A DNA stretch of 35,104 nt from Pseudomonadota bacterium (lineage in GTDB: Bacteria; UBA10199; 2-02-FULL-44-16; JAAZCA01). The translations under genes and the position numbers were made by a program. The notes beneath the pieces are model-generated. The model was not told the origin of the DNA and ran no database searches. It worked only from the letters and a program-made list of their open reading frames with translations. Shown piece after piece: positions 17,043-25,540 of this stretch; position 1 is the stretch's first letter; every line of letters starts with the position of its first letter. Where the stretch lies: the NCBI GenBank assembly GCA_043798915.1, contig JAZDOG010000038.1:1-35104 (forward strand). Reading direction: 5' to 3'.

Positions 17043-17110
17043 AACAATAAAGGGGGTCATAAAGGGGGTCAAGTCTGGACATTGGACAGTCGGTTTCTTT
17101 ATTTGGACAA

Positions 17111-17338
17111 GGAGCGAAAAACGAGGATGTGTTAAGGGAGGGGTCGTACGGTGCTAAAAGCGCATTTACGAGACGAACGATGACGAAGTCAAAAGTCGTG
17201 GTGGTTTGGAAACTTAAAGGCCGACAACGGAGGACATTTAAGTTTCACAAACCCACACGACCTTTTGACGAGGAATAGCGAGCGAAGTGCGCCCTGCACC
17301 TACGACCCCTCCCTTACACATCCTCGTTTTTCGCCACG
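17111..17338 (+). mobile_element. ~230-nt hairpin/MITE-like element, copy 2
   Basis: Reverse complement of 14417-14646 with scattered substitutions, several of them compensatory. Confidence 0.8.
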
Positions 17339-17358
17339 CTGACACACAGGAGATCGAT

Positions 17359-17916
17359 ATGACCGCTAAACTTACGAGCACGGAGAAGAAGACGCTGCTT
17401 GAACTGGCTCGCACGACCATCGCTCGCTACCTCGCCGACGGGTCGAAGCCAGAGCTGCCAGAAGCAAAGGGCGTGCTGGGCGAGATATGCGGGGCGTTCG
17501 TCACGCTCCACAAGCGGAATAATTTGAGGGGCTGCATCGGTAACATGATCGGGCGCGGACCGCTGGTCGAGACGATCCAGGATATGGCGATAGCCGCGGC
17601 GACCGAAGATCCTAGATTTCCGCGGGTGAAGCCCGACGAACTCAAGGATATCGACATCGAGATCTCCGTCCTCTCGCCGATGAGGAAGATCAAGGACGTG
17701 AGCGAGATCGAAGTCGGCGTGCATGGCATACTCATGCGCAACGGTTTCAACCAGGGCGTGCTCCTGCCTCAGGTCGCCACGGAATGGAAATGGAACCGCG
17801 AGGAGTTCCTCCGCAACACCTGCCTCAAGGCAGGGCTCCCCACCGAGGCGTGGAAGGACTCAGCGACGATCATCGAAATATTCTCGGCAGAGGTATTCGG
17901 CGAAAAGCAGCGCTAG
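17359..17916 (+). CDS. AMMECR1 family protein (AmmeMemoRadiSam protein A)
   Basis: GAFVTLHK..LRGCIG, AATEDPRF, IEISVLSP, GVLLPQVATEW.W, CLKAGL. RBS AGGAG before ATG 17359; the ORF-track extension lies inside the repeat. Confidence 0.95.
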   Translation: MTAKLTSTEKKTLLELARTTIARYLADGSKPELPEAKGVLGEICGAFVTLHKRNNLRGCIGNMIGRGPLVETIQDMAIAAATEDPRFPRVKPDELKDIDIEISVLSPMRKIKDVSEIEVGVHGILMRNGFNQGVLLPQVATEWKWNREEFLRNTCLKAGLPTEAWKDSATIIEIFSAEVFGEKQR

Positions 17917-19358
17917 TCCGCGTTCGGGTTGTCGTCATGCTCGATCTTCATGGCAACCTTCGGTGCCCCCTCTTTCGGGAAGGGGTGGTGAACCGCGGCC
18001 GGCTTCACGAATTTCTCCACGACATCCCGGCTCCCTTTTATATTGAGCTTGGTGAAGAGCATGTCGAACTGGCGCGCTAGTTCGGACATGAGCGCGCTCT
18101 TCGTGTTGTCGGTGAGCGACCAGAGCTCGCGCTTGAACGTCCCATAACCTTTTTTGCGAGCCTTGTAGTAGAACTGCTCCGGCGTCATCCCGGGCTTCTT
18201 CTCCGACGCACAGTTTGAGTCGAGCCACTTGTAGATCTGCTCCTTCAGGTTTTTCGGGAAAGATGTCGAGTCGAAGAGCGTGTTCTGGAAGCCGGTCGCC
18301 AGGTGCACCTCCATCGCCTGGTGCTTCGGGAAGTTGTCGAAGGCCGACTCGGGGAGCGTCGAGGCCCCGTGCTGCACCACGCCGCCGATCTTAAACTCCC
18401 GTCTGCACATCTCGCCCAGCTTGTCGATCACGCCGAAGTCGATCGCCACCTTCGCGACCGATCCGTCGGGGAGGACCACGCCTCCGTGGCTCGTGCCGGT
18501 CTGGATCGATATCTTGCTGATCCCGGAAAGCTTGGCTCCCATCGAAGTTTTGTACCCCTCGACGAACGCCGATAGCTCCTCAGGCGTGGAATTGGCCGTC
18601 CCGACCTCGCCAATCTCGCCGCCGACAGAGACCGTGACGCCCTTCGGCGAAAGCTCCCTGATGTGTTTCGTGAGCTCAGCTGCAACCTCGAAGTTTGCGC
18701 GCTGTTGTTCGAGCGTCGTGGGCTTCGAAAGATCGACGAGCGTCGAAGAGTCGATGTCTATGTTGTAGAAGCCAGCCGCTATCGCGTCGGCGATGAGATT
18801 CTTGAGCGAGCCCATCTCCGCCTTCGGGTTCTCAACGTACTTCTTCGCGTTCGCCTGGAAATGGTCGCCCTGGATGAAGACCGGCGAGCGCCAGTTCTCG
18901 CGCAGCGCAGCGCCTAGCACGCACGTGACGTACTCGGAGGGATTCTGCGCGGTGTAGGCCATCTCCGACTTTGCGATCTCGAAGAGGCAGGCGGTCGCGT
19001 TATGACGGGTGAGAGTCTTGAATATGACGCGCGCGGTGTCATAGGTCATGCCGCGGATGTTGATCGCAGGCACCGTCATGTCCTTCCACGCGTCCCCCAC
19101 CCTCGCGGCATAGAGGTCGTGTATCGACGCCGACGGACAGCCCAGCGCCAGGGCCCCCTCCCACACGACCCAGCGGGCGACGTCGCGCACCAGAGCGTCA
19201 GCGTTAAAGACCGCGTTCCACACGAGTTTGTCCATGCATTCGTGGCGAAAGCGGTTTTCATCGGCGATCGCAAGGGCGTCACCTTTGATCTCAAAGGCTC
19301 CCTTGCAGGCGTTCTTCATCGAATCTACATTTTCCCAGAGTTCCATTGCTTCCTCCAT
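17913..19358 (-). CDS. Class II fructose-bisphosphate aldolase family protein
   Basis: VPAINIR, FEIAKSE, FIQGDH, IDIDSS, GGEIGEVG, GTSHGG, VQHGASTLP, HLATGFQ. Confidence 0.88.
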   Translation of the reverse strand: MEEAMELWENVDSMKNACKGAFEIKGDALAIADENRFRHECMDKLVWNAVFNADALVRDVARWVVWEGALALGCPSASIHDLYAARVGDAWKDMTVPAINIRGMTYDTARVIFKTLTRHNATACLFEIAKSEMAYTAQNPSEYVTCVLGAALRENWRSPVFIQGDHFQANAKKYVENPKAEMGSLKNLIADAIAAGFYNIDIDSSTLVDLSKPTTLEQQRANFEVAAELTKHIRELSPKGVTVSVGGEIGEVGTANSTPEELSAFVEGYKTSMGAKLSGISKISIQTGTSHGGVVLPDGSVAKVAIDFGVIDKLGEMCRREFKIGGVVQHGASTLPESAFDNFPKHQAMEVHLATGFQNTLFDSTSFPKNLKEQIYKWLDSNCASEKKPGMTPEQFYYKARKKGYGTFKRELWSLTDNTKSALMSELARQFDMLFTKLNIKGSRDVVEKFVKPAAVHHPFPKEGAPKVAMKIEHDDNPNAD

Positions 19359-19367
19359 TTTTAGGTA

Positions 19368-20564
19368 TCAAGTCAGTTTTGCAAGCGCATCGGCAAGGCG
19401 CTTGATCCCCTCGTCGATGTTCTTTCGCGATGTGGCGTACGAGAAACGGATATGTCCGGGCGCGCCGAACGGATCGCCGCTCACAGTGGCGATTCTCCCC
19501 TCCTCGAGGAGATATTCGGCGAGCGCCGTTGCATCTGAGATCTCCCTGCCGCCGAAGCGTTTCCCGAAATAAGCGGAGACATCCGGCAGGAGGTAGAAAG
19601 CGCCCTCCGGCAAGTGGCATTTGAGGTGCGGGATCGTGCGGATTTTTTCAATCATCATGTCGCGGCGCGCCGCGAACTCCTCGCCCATGCGGCGGATATC
19701 GTCCTCTGGCCCGGAGAGCGCCGCCGCGCAGGCCTTCTGCACGAAGCCCGGGATGCAGGATATCTGCTGCTCCGAGAGTTCGGTCATCTTCGCGATGATC
19801 TCGCGGGGCCCAACCGCATAGCCCATCCGCCAGCCGGTCATCGCATATGCCTTCGACACGCCGCTCACGAGGATCGTGATCGCGCGGGCGGGAGGATAAG
19901 CCGCGGCGACGGAGGTGTGCCTGAAACCGCCGTAGACGAGCCTTTCATATATCTCATCCGCTATGATGGCCACGCCGCGATCGACGAGAATTTTTCCAAG
20001 CGCCGCAAGCTCTTCGCCCGTATAGGCGCTGCCGGTCGGGTTCGACGGCGTGTTGATGATGATAGCGCGTGTGCGCGGGCCGATGGCCTTCGAGAGTTCA
20101 CTGGGCGTCACCTTGAAGCCGGTTGCGGCTGAGGTCTGAAGGATCGCAGGCGTACCGCCCGAGAGCCTCACCTGTTCCGGATATGAGACCCAGTAAGGCG
20201 CGGGGATTATCACCTCGTCGCCGTCGTCCACGATGACCTGCAGGGCATTATAGATCGCCTGCTTCGCGCCGCATGTGACTGTCACCTCGTCGTCCGAGTA
20301 GACGAGGCCGTTGTCCCTCTTGAGCTTCGCGCAGATCGCGGCCTTGAGCTCCGCAGTGCCGGCGCCGGGCATGTAACGCGTGAGGCCCTCGTCCAGCGCG
20401 CGCTTGGCCGCATCGCGTATGAAAGCGGGGGTGTCGAAATCCGGCTCGCCGGTGGCAAAGCTTATGACGTCGACCCCGCGAGCGCTCATCTGGCGGGCCT
20501 TCGCAGCCATCGCCATCGTCGCCGAGGGGGCGATCTTCCGGGCGCGTTTTGAAATTGGAATCAT
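19368..20564 (-). CDS. PLP-dependent aminotransferase class I (aspartate aminotransferase-like)
   Basis: GEPDFDTP, GAKQAI, PYWVSY, NTPSNPTG, DEIY, SKAYAMTGWRMGY, RFSYA. Confidence 0.95.
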   Translation of the reverse strand: MIPISKRARKIAPSATMAMAAKARQMSARGVDVISFATGEPDFDTPAFIRDAAKRALDEGLTRYMPGAGTAELKAAICAKLKRDNGLVYSDDEVTVTCGAKQAIYNALQVIVDDGDEVIIPAPYWVSYPEQVRLSGGTPAILQTSAATGFKVTPSELSKAIGPRTRAIIINTPSNPTGSAYTGEELAALGKILVDRGVAIIADEIYERLVYGGFRHTSVAAAYPPARAITILVSGVSKAYAMTGWRMGYAVGPREIIAKMTELSEQQISCIPGFVQKACAAALSGPEDDIRRMGEEFAARRDMMIEKIRTIPHLKCHLPEGAFYLLPDVSAYFGKRFGGREISDATALAEYLLEEGRIATVSGDPFGAPGHIRFSYATSRKNIDEGIKRLADALAKLT

Positions 20565-21043
20565 TTCTTCAGTCTCTCCTTGAGTTTTTTCTCGACGACA
20601 GGATGGATCATCCCGCAGCCGCTGCCGCCGAACGAGATGATCTCCTTGATGATGGATGATCGCAGGTGGGCATACTTGCCCTCCGTCATCATATACATGA
20701 TCTCCATCTCGGGATCGAGCGTCTTGTTCGCGAGGGCCAGCTGCGATTCGTATTCGTAGTCCCCCATGGAGCGCAGGCCCCTCAAGATGGCGTACACGCC
20801 CCGCTTCCTGGCGTAGTTCACGAGCAGGCCCTCGAAGGAGTCTATCTCCACGTTTTTGCGATCCCGGAAAATCTCGCGGAGCATCTCCACCCGCTCCGCC
20901 GGCGTGAATATCGCCTGCTTCGATGTGTTAATCGCCACCGCGACGATCACTTTGTCGAATATCTTGAGCCCCCGCTCGACGATGTTTATATGCCCGTCGG
21001 TCGGGGGATCGAAGCTTCCCGCGCAGATTGCCTGTTTGCACAT
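20561..21043 (-). CDS. coaD: Phosphopantetheine adenylyltransferase
   Basis: GSFDPPTDGH, RGLR..DYEYE, SSIIKEI; follows rsmD. Confidence 0.97.
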   Translation of the reverse strand: MCKQAICAGSFDPPTDGHINIVERGLKIFDKVIVAVAINTSKQAIFTPAERVEMLREIFRDRKNVEIDSFEGLLVNYARKRGVYAILRGLRSMGDYEYESQLALANKTLDPEMEIMYMMTEGKYAHLRSSIIKEIISFGGSGCGMIHPVVEKKLKERLKK

Positions 21044-21059
21044 AGGGACCTCACAATGT

Positions 21060-21608
21060 TCACCTGCTTTTTTTCAGGAACGAGACGCACGTTTGACCAT
21101 ATTTGCGGCTGTCGGTCAAGGTGAGGCCTTCCGCAGCATCCGGCGGCTCCTTCGGGTGATGTTCGACCACGATGAGGGAGCTTTCGAGGACGATGGACGA
21201 CGAGGCGAGCAGAGAGAGCGTCGGATTGACGAGGTTTTTGAGGTAAGGCGGATCGACGAAGATGAGGTCGAAGGACCTCCCCTTCCGCTCCAGACGCGCG
21301 ATCGCCGCCTTGACGGTGGATTTCATCACAATAGCGCGGTCCGCAAAACGGCAGAGCTCGAGATTTTTGTGTATCGTGGTTACAGCCGGGAGCCATTCCT
21401 CGACGAAGACCGCTTCGGCGGCGCCGCGGGAGAGAGCCTCGATGCCGACCGAGCCAGAGCCGGCGAAGAGGTCGAGGACCTGCACATCCGAGACATCGAA
21501 GAGGATGTCGAAGATGGCTTCCTTGACCTTGTCCAGGGCGGGACGCACCCTCTGAGAGACGGGCGCCACGAGCCTTCGGCCCTTTGCTGTTCCGGAGATT
21601 ACGCGCAT
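21060..21608 (-). CDS. rsmD: 16S rRNA m2G966 methyltransferase
   Basis: MRVISGTAKGRRL, VRP..DKVKEAIF, LDLFAGSGSVGIEALSRGA, DPPY, RKYG. Confidence 0.96.
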   Translation of the reverse strand: MRVISGTAKGRRLVAPVSQRVRPALDKVKEAIFDILFDVSDVQVLDLFAGSGSVGIEALSRGAAEAVFVEEWLPAVTTIHKNLELCRFADRAIVMKSTVKAAIARLERKGRSFDLIFVDPPYLKNLVNPTLSLLASSSIVLESSLIVVEHHPKEPPDAAEGLTLTDSRKYGQTCVSFLKKSR

Positions 21609-21618
21609 GTTTTTGTGA

Positions 21619-21978
21619 TTATACCGAGCTTGTCACATGGTCGAAGGCGCCCATGGTGCCAAGCGACATGCCGAGCGCCATCAGCGCCGCAAATGCCAGG
21701 ATGGCGAGGCACGTGAGGACGGTGCCGACGATGCCGAGTATGTAGCCCACCCTGGCCACGCCCTCGCCGGCCTGCGGCGCATGTCCTGCCTTGATCGCCT
21801 TGAGTTCCATCGACCCCAGGATTATGGCCGGGATCCCCGAGAGGAAGCCCATGCAGAGGAGCGAAAGGATTCCCAGGATGAGCGCAGCTATCGCGCGCCC
21901 GCTGGCGGAAGGCGCCGGGGGCTGCGTCTGCACCGGCACATCGACAGGTTTTGCCACGGGGATGTTCTCGTCGACCAT
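21619..21978 (-). CDS. DUF4190-like membrane protein
   Basis: Pro-rich N-terminus then AIAALILGILSL..GIPAIILG..I..GEGVA.VGYILGIVG; RBS AGGAGG. Confidence 0.8.
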   Translation of the reverse strand: MVDENIPVAKPVDVPVQTQPPAPSASGRAIAALILGILSLLCMGFLSGIPAIILGSMELKAIKAGHAPQAGEGVARVGYILGIVGTVLTCLAILAFAALMALGMSLGTMGAFDHVTSSV

Positions 21979-22134
21979 ATCGCCTCCTCACAAGTGTTTT
22001 CTCTGATTTTTCGACGCCGATGATGCCCTATTTTTCCATCATTGAAAACTCCAAAATTGCGGTCGCAGAGACATGGCAACGGCCGCGCAATTTTGCGTGG
22101 ACAACGCCCGCAGCTTGAGATAGGAAGCCAGCCT

Positions 22135-23034
22135 ATGAAAAAAATCATCCTGTCTATTGCGGTGTTGTGCCTGTTCGCCGGCGAGGTTTTCGCGGCGAAG
22201 ACCACCTACATCATCACCAACAAGCGCTTCAACTACATCAAGCTCAAGGAGGTGAGCGGCCGGGAAGTGGAGGCTCGCGCCATGACGCACCCCGCGACTG
22301 TCGACGAACAGGGACTTCGCGCGGCGCTCGCCTCGGTACAGCTCTCGCGCACCTACCTCATCAAGAAAGAGGTGGACACGCAGCAGGTCTTCGACGACTG
22401 GGCGATCGATTTCCTCTCCGCCAACCTGCCCAGGGCGTTCGCCAAGGCCGGGCCCAACGAGACGGTGGTGTTTTCCTATCTCTCCAAGAACCCGGTATTC
22501 ATCATCCGCAATGACCGGCTCAACATAGGGCAGATGTGGATCCATAACGACGAGCTCCACATCAAGTTCGAAAAACTCTACGCAAAGGTGATCGGCGACA
22601 TCGACAGGCGCGGCACCGAAGCGCGCGCCATCGCGCAGGCCAAAAGCCTCCGGGTAAAGCTCGATCTCGGCGAGGGGCAAAAGCTTGGGACAGACGATCC
22701 CGAAGAGATAGTCCTCGACATGCATCATAACTACGCGAAGAAGCCCGAGTCCGAAGCGCCGCCGCCGCCGAACGTAACGATGGCGGGCGAGAAGATTGAG
22801 GCTCCGGCGGATCAAAAGGCCCAGGCCGCCGCAACGAATGAAAAAACCCCGAAGGGGAAAAAAGCGGTCAAGGGCAGCAAAGCCGAACAGACAGCCCCAG
22901 CAGCCGTGCCGCAGGCGGCAGCCCCCACCGGCCCCAAGCAGCGCCTGGAGCAGCTCGAGTATCTGAAAAACAAGGGTTTGGTCAACAAGAAGGAATATGA
23001 AGAGAAGCGCAAAGAGATCCTCAAGGATCTGTAA
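22135..23034 (+). CDS. Exported hypothetical protein with a C-terminal SHOCT-like domain
   Basis: Signal peptide MKKIILSIAVLCLFAGEVFA; Pro/Ala/Lys linker; RLEQLEYLKNKGLVNKKEYEEKRKEILKDL. Confidence 0.8.
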   Translation: MKKIILSIAVLCLFAGEVFAAKTTYIITNKRFNYIKLKEVSGREVEARAMTHPATVDEQGLRAALASVQLSRTYLIKKEVDTQQVFDDWAIDFLSANLPRAFAKAGPNETVVFSYLSKNPVFIIRNDRLNIGQMWIHNDELHIKFEKLYAKVIGDIDRRGTEARAIAQAKSLRVKLDLGEGQKLGTDDPEEIVLDMHHNYAKKPESEAPPPPNVTMAGEKIEAPADQKAQAAATNEKTPKGKKAVKGSKAEQTAPAAVPQAAAPTGPKQRLEQLEYLKNKGLVNKKEYEEKRKEILKDL

Positions 23035-23058
23035 TTTTTGTCTTTCATCGACTTCAAC

Positions 23059-23088
23059 AGACCCCGCTTCCCTCTGGGAGCGGGGTCT
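23059..23088. terminator. GC-rich hairpin between the SHOCT gene and tlyA
   Basis: AGACCCCGCTTCC-ctct-GGGAGCGGGGTCT. There is no U-tract, so terminator function is uncertain. Confidence 0.4.
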
Positions 23089-23109
23089 AATGTTGTGCGG
23101 AGCAAACAG

Positions 23110-23883
23110 GTGAAAAGGGTTCGCATAGACAGGCTGCTCATGGAACTTGAGATGGTTCCATCCAGGCAAAAAGCGGTGGCCCTGATCATGGCAGGCTGCG
23201 TCTATGTCGGCGAGACGAAGGCGGCCAAGCCGGGCCAGCTGGTGGACCCCGAAGCGAAGATCTCAATCCGCGGCGAGGATCACCCTTACGTCGGCCGCGG
23301 CGGAGTCAAGCTCGCGCGCGCTCTCGACGAATTCAAGGTGGAGGTCGAGGGAAAGACCTGCATGGACGTCGGAGCGTCGACCGGCGGGTTCACCGACTGT
23401 CTGCTCCAGAGAGGCGCGGCGCGCGTTTATGCGATCGACGTCGGGTACGGCCAGCTCGCGTGGAAACTCGCCAGCGACGAGAGGGTCGTCGTCATCGAGC
23501 GCACCAACATACGCAAGATGCCGCCGGATAATATCCCGTCAAAGATCGACATCGCCGTCATCGACGTATCGTTCATCTCCCTCTCGATCGTCCTGCCAGT
23601 CGTCGACACATTCCTCTCTGCGGGGAGCCTGGTCGTGGCGCTCATCAAGCCGCAGTTCGAGGTGGGCCGGGAGCTCGTGGGCAAGGGCGGGATCGTCCGC
23701 GATCCCAAGTCGCACGAGCTGGCGACAGAGCGCATCCGCAGCGCAGGTCTTGCCATCGGCTGGAGCTATGAGGGTGTGGTGGATTCACCGATCCTCGGCG
23801 CAAAGGGGAACCGCGAATTTCTGATCTGTTTTCTGAAGAAGAACAAATCAGACGAAGCGGATTTGGAGAAACTCATTAAATAG
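23110..23883 (+). CDS. tlyA: TlyA family rRNA (cytidine-2'-O)-methyltransferase
   Basis: S4 domain RIDRLL..SRQKA; YVGRGGVKL, DVGASTGGFTDCLLQRGA, DVGYGQL, DVSFISL, LIKPQFE, SPILGAKGNREF. GTG start at 23110. Confidence 0.96.
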   Translation: MKRVRIDRLLMELEMVPSRQKAVALIMAGCVYVGETKAAKPGQLVDPEAKISIRGEDHPYVGRGGVKLARALDEFKVEVEGKTCMDVGASTGGFTDCLLQRGAARVYAIDVGYGQLAWKLASDERVVVIERTNIRKMPPDNIPSKIDIAVIDVSFISLSIVLPVVDTFLSAGSLVVALIKPQFEVGRELVGKGGIVRDPKSHELATERIRSAGLAIGWSYEGVVDSPILGAKGNREFLICFLKKNKSDEADLEKLIK

Positions 23884-24084
23884 TCCTTCAATCAGCAAGA
23901 TGTGTTCACGAATTTAGCCACTCAGCGTCCGCTGGACGCGGCTGTCATGGTCAAATCCTTTCCGCTGACGGATTGAAGGCAGATGAGGGCGCATAACAGA
24001 GGTCTCAGCAATAGACCTCCGCGTCTGCGCCCCTTTCGAAGACGCCGGCATGGATGAAATAGATGTGTGAAATCGAAGATCGGC

Positions 24085-24783
24085 CTACTCCGGCGGGCCC
24101 GTCATGCGGATTGTCATCGCGTCAGTCACTTTCCTGCCGAGCCGTTCGCACAGCTCACGGTACTTCTTCAGCACCCAGTCAGGGTCCCCAATGAAATTGG
24201 TGTGTGAGATATTCAGCAACTTCCTATTTTCAATCAGCACCTCCACAATTGCCCGGTACTCGCTCCGGCGTTCTTGGGGATCCCTCCCCAAAGCCAAATA
24301 TGAAGTTGAAGGTGTGATCAGCGGATCGGCCTTGCCGTAGGCATAATATTTGTACGAGGACCACGTGTTCTTGCGTGGATGAGGCACTTTTTTCACCCTG
24401 TGTTGATTGAGATCGATATACGCCATAGCAGTGAGCATATGTTCGTCGGATTCGATCAACGGGGATTTGAACCGGTCCATCACCACTTGGCCGCGTCTCT
24501 TGAGCTGCTTGTTTACGATCCTGGCGAACTGACTGTTCACCACACGGAAGAAAGCGGAAAACTTCTCCTTCTCGTGCAGATGTCCGGTCAGATGGGGGTG
24601 GTTGTCCATGAAATTGTAGGCGTAGAATTCAACACCGTACTTATCCTTATATTTGAGCAAGAGGTCATAGTAGGCGCGTTTTGCCCAGTCCCACTGGAGC
24701 AGCCAGTCCTCGTTATGGCACTGCCAGGTGACGTGGAAGAAGGCGTCGTCGTAGATGATCTCGTATCTTGGTAGGTAGGCCAT
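24085..24783 (-). mobile_element. Y1 (HUH) transposase, REP-associated tyrosine transposase (RAYT)-like
   Basis: FHVTWQCHN, AYNFMDNHPHL (HUH), RRGQVVMDRFKS, catalytic YIDLN, WSSY. Likely start is ATG 24783. Confidence 0.9.
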
Positions 24784-24796
24784 GCCTGATGGATAT

Positions 24797-24890
24797 AGCA
24801 AAAGGCATGCCAAGTAGGGCCATCAATATAATCGTTTCTAAGAGGCATTAGCGGAAAATCGTGTCAATGCCGGTGCTGCGTTTCGATGCA
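24797..24890 (-). promoter_or_regulatory. Sigma54-type promoter and upstream NtrC-like site for the Y1 transposase
   Basis: Minus strand TTGGCATGCCTTTTGCT (GG-N10-GC) at 24797-24813; TGCTGCGTTTCGATGCA at 24874-24890. Confidence 0.55.
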
Positions 24891-25189
24891 CCCTGACCAG
24901 TTTCGCTCCGTCTGACAAATTTATGGGTTTTGTGAATCTGGAGAATTCTGCAAGCCAGGAATGGAACGCATACCACAGGGCATATTACGCCAGCGCCAAT
25001 CTCGTCTTCCAGCTTTATAAACGCCTGTGCATAGGCGCCGAAGGCCTGTATTGATACAAACAGGTGAAAAACGGCGCCAGCGGCGACGCATTTCGAGGTC
25101 AGATAAGCGTAATGTATTCGCTGTTCAAGTAAGTCTTTTCTTTTCCTGATTTAATTCCCGTCAATCCTGTTTTTCCATAGCATGCCATC

Positions 25190-25540
25190 TTATTTGACCG
25201 GAGATTTGCCCTCTGCCCCCTTATCGCGTTCGGCATCCTCTTCTCTGCCATCCTCATCAGCGCCGGCGGACCGCTGCGGCCGTTCAGGACGAACCGGTTC
25301 TGCCGGCGCGGCGACTGATGCAGACTTTCTTACGCGAGCGGTCAATTGTTCCAAGCCCGCAGGCGTTATTCTGCCATCCCGGACATATTCCCTCTTGAAG
25401 CCCTCATCCAACAAAATTGTATGCACGAAATCCGCAATCTCTGTTTTTCTTGCCGGAAGCAGATCACCGTATCCTGGCAGCCGGAACAATTCGCCGTTTG
25501 CATCGACCGAAGGCCCCATGGCCACAGTCCTATCCTCAAT
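25190..25540 (-). repeat. ~350-nt direct repeat A (shared 3' module)
   Basis: Aligns to 27950-28300 at offset 2760. Confidence 0.9.

Noticed and set aside
14417..17338. CRISPR array or integron cassette array
   Set aside because: No regularly spaced 25-45-nt repeats with unique spacers, no cas or integrase gene, and no attC-type RYYYAAC/GTTRRRY ends.
24924..25053. Short plus-strand ORF MGFVNLENSASQEWNAYHRAYYASANLVFQLYKRLCIGAEGLY
   Set aside because: About 43 codons with no RBS or recognisable motif. It may be a gene remnant but cannot be supported.
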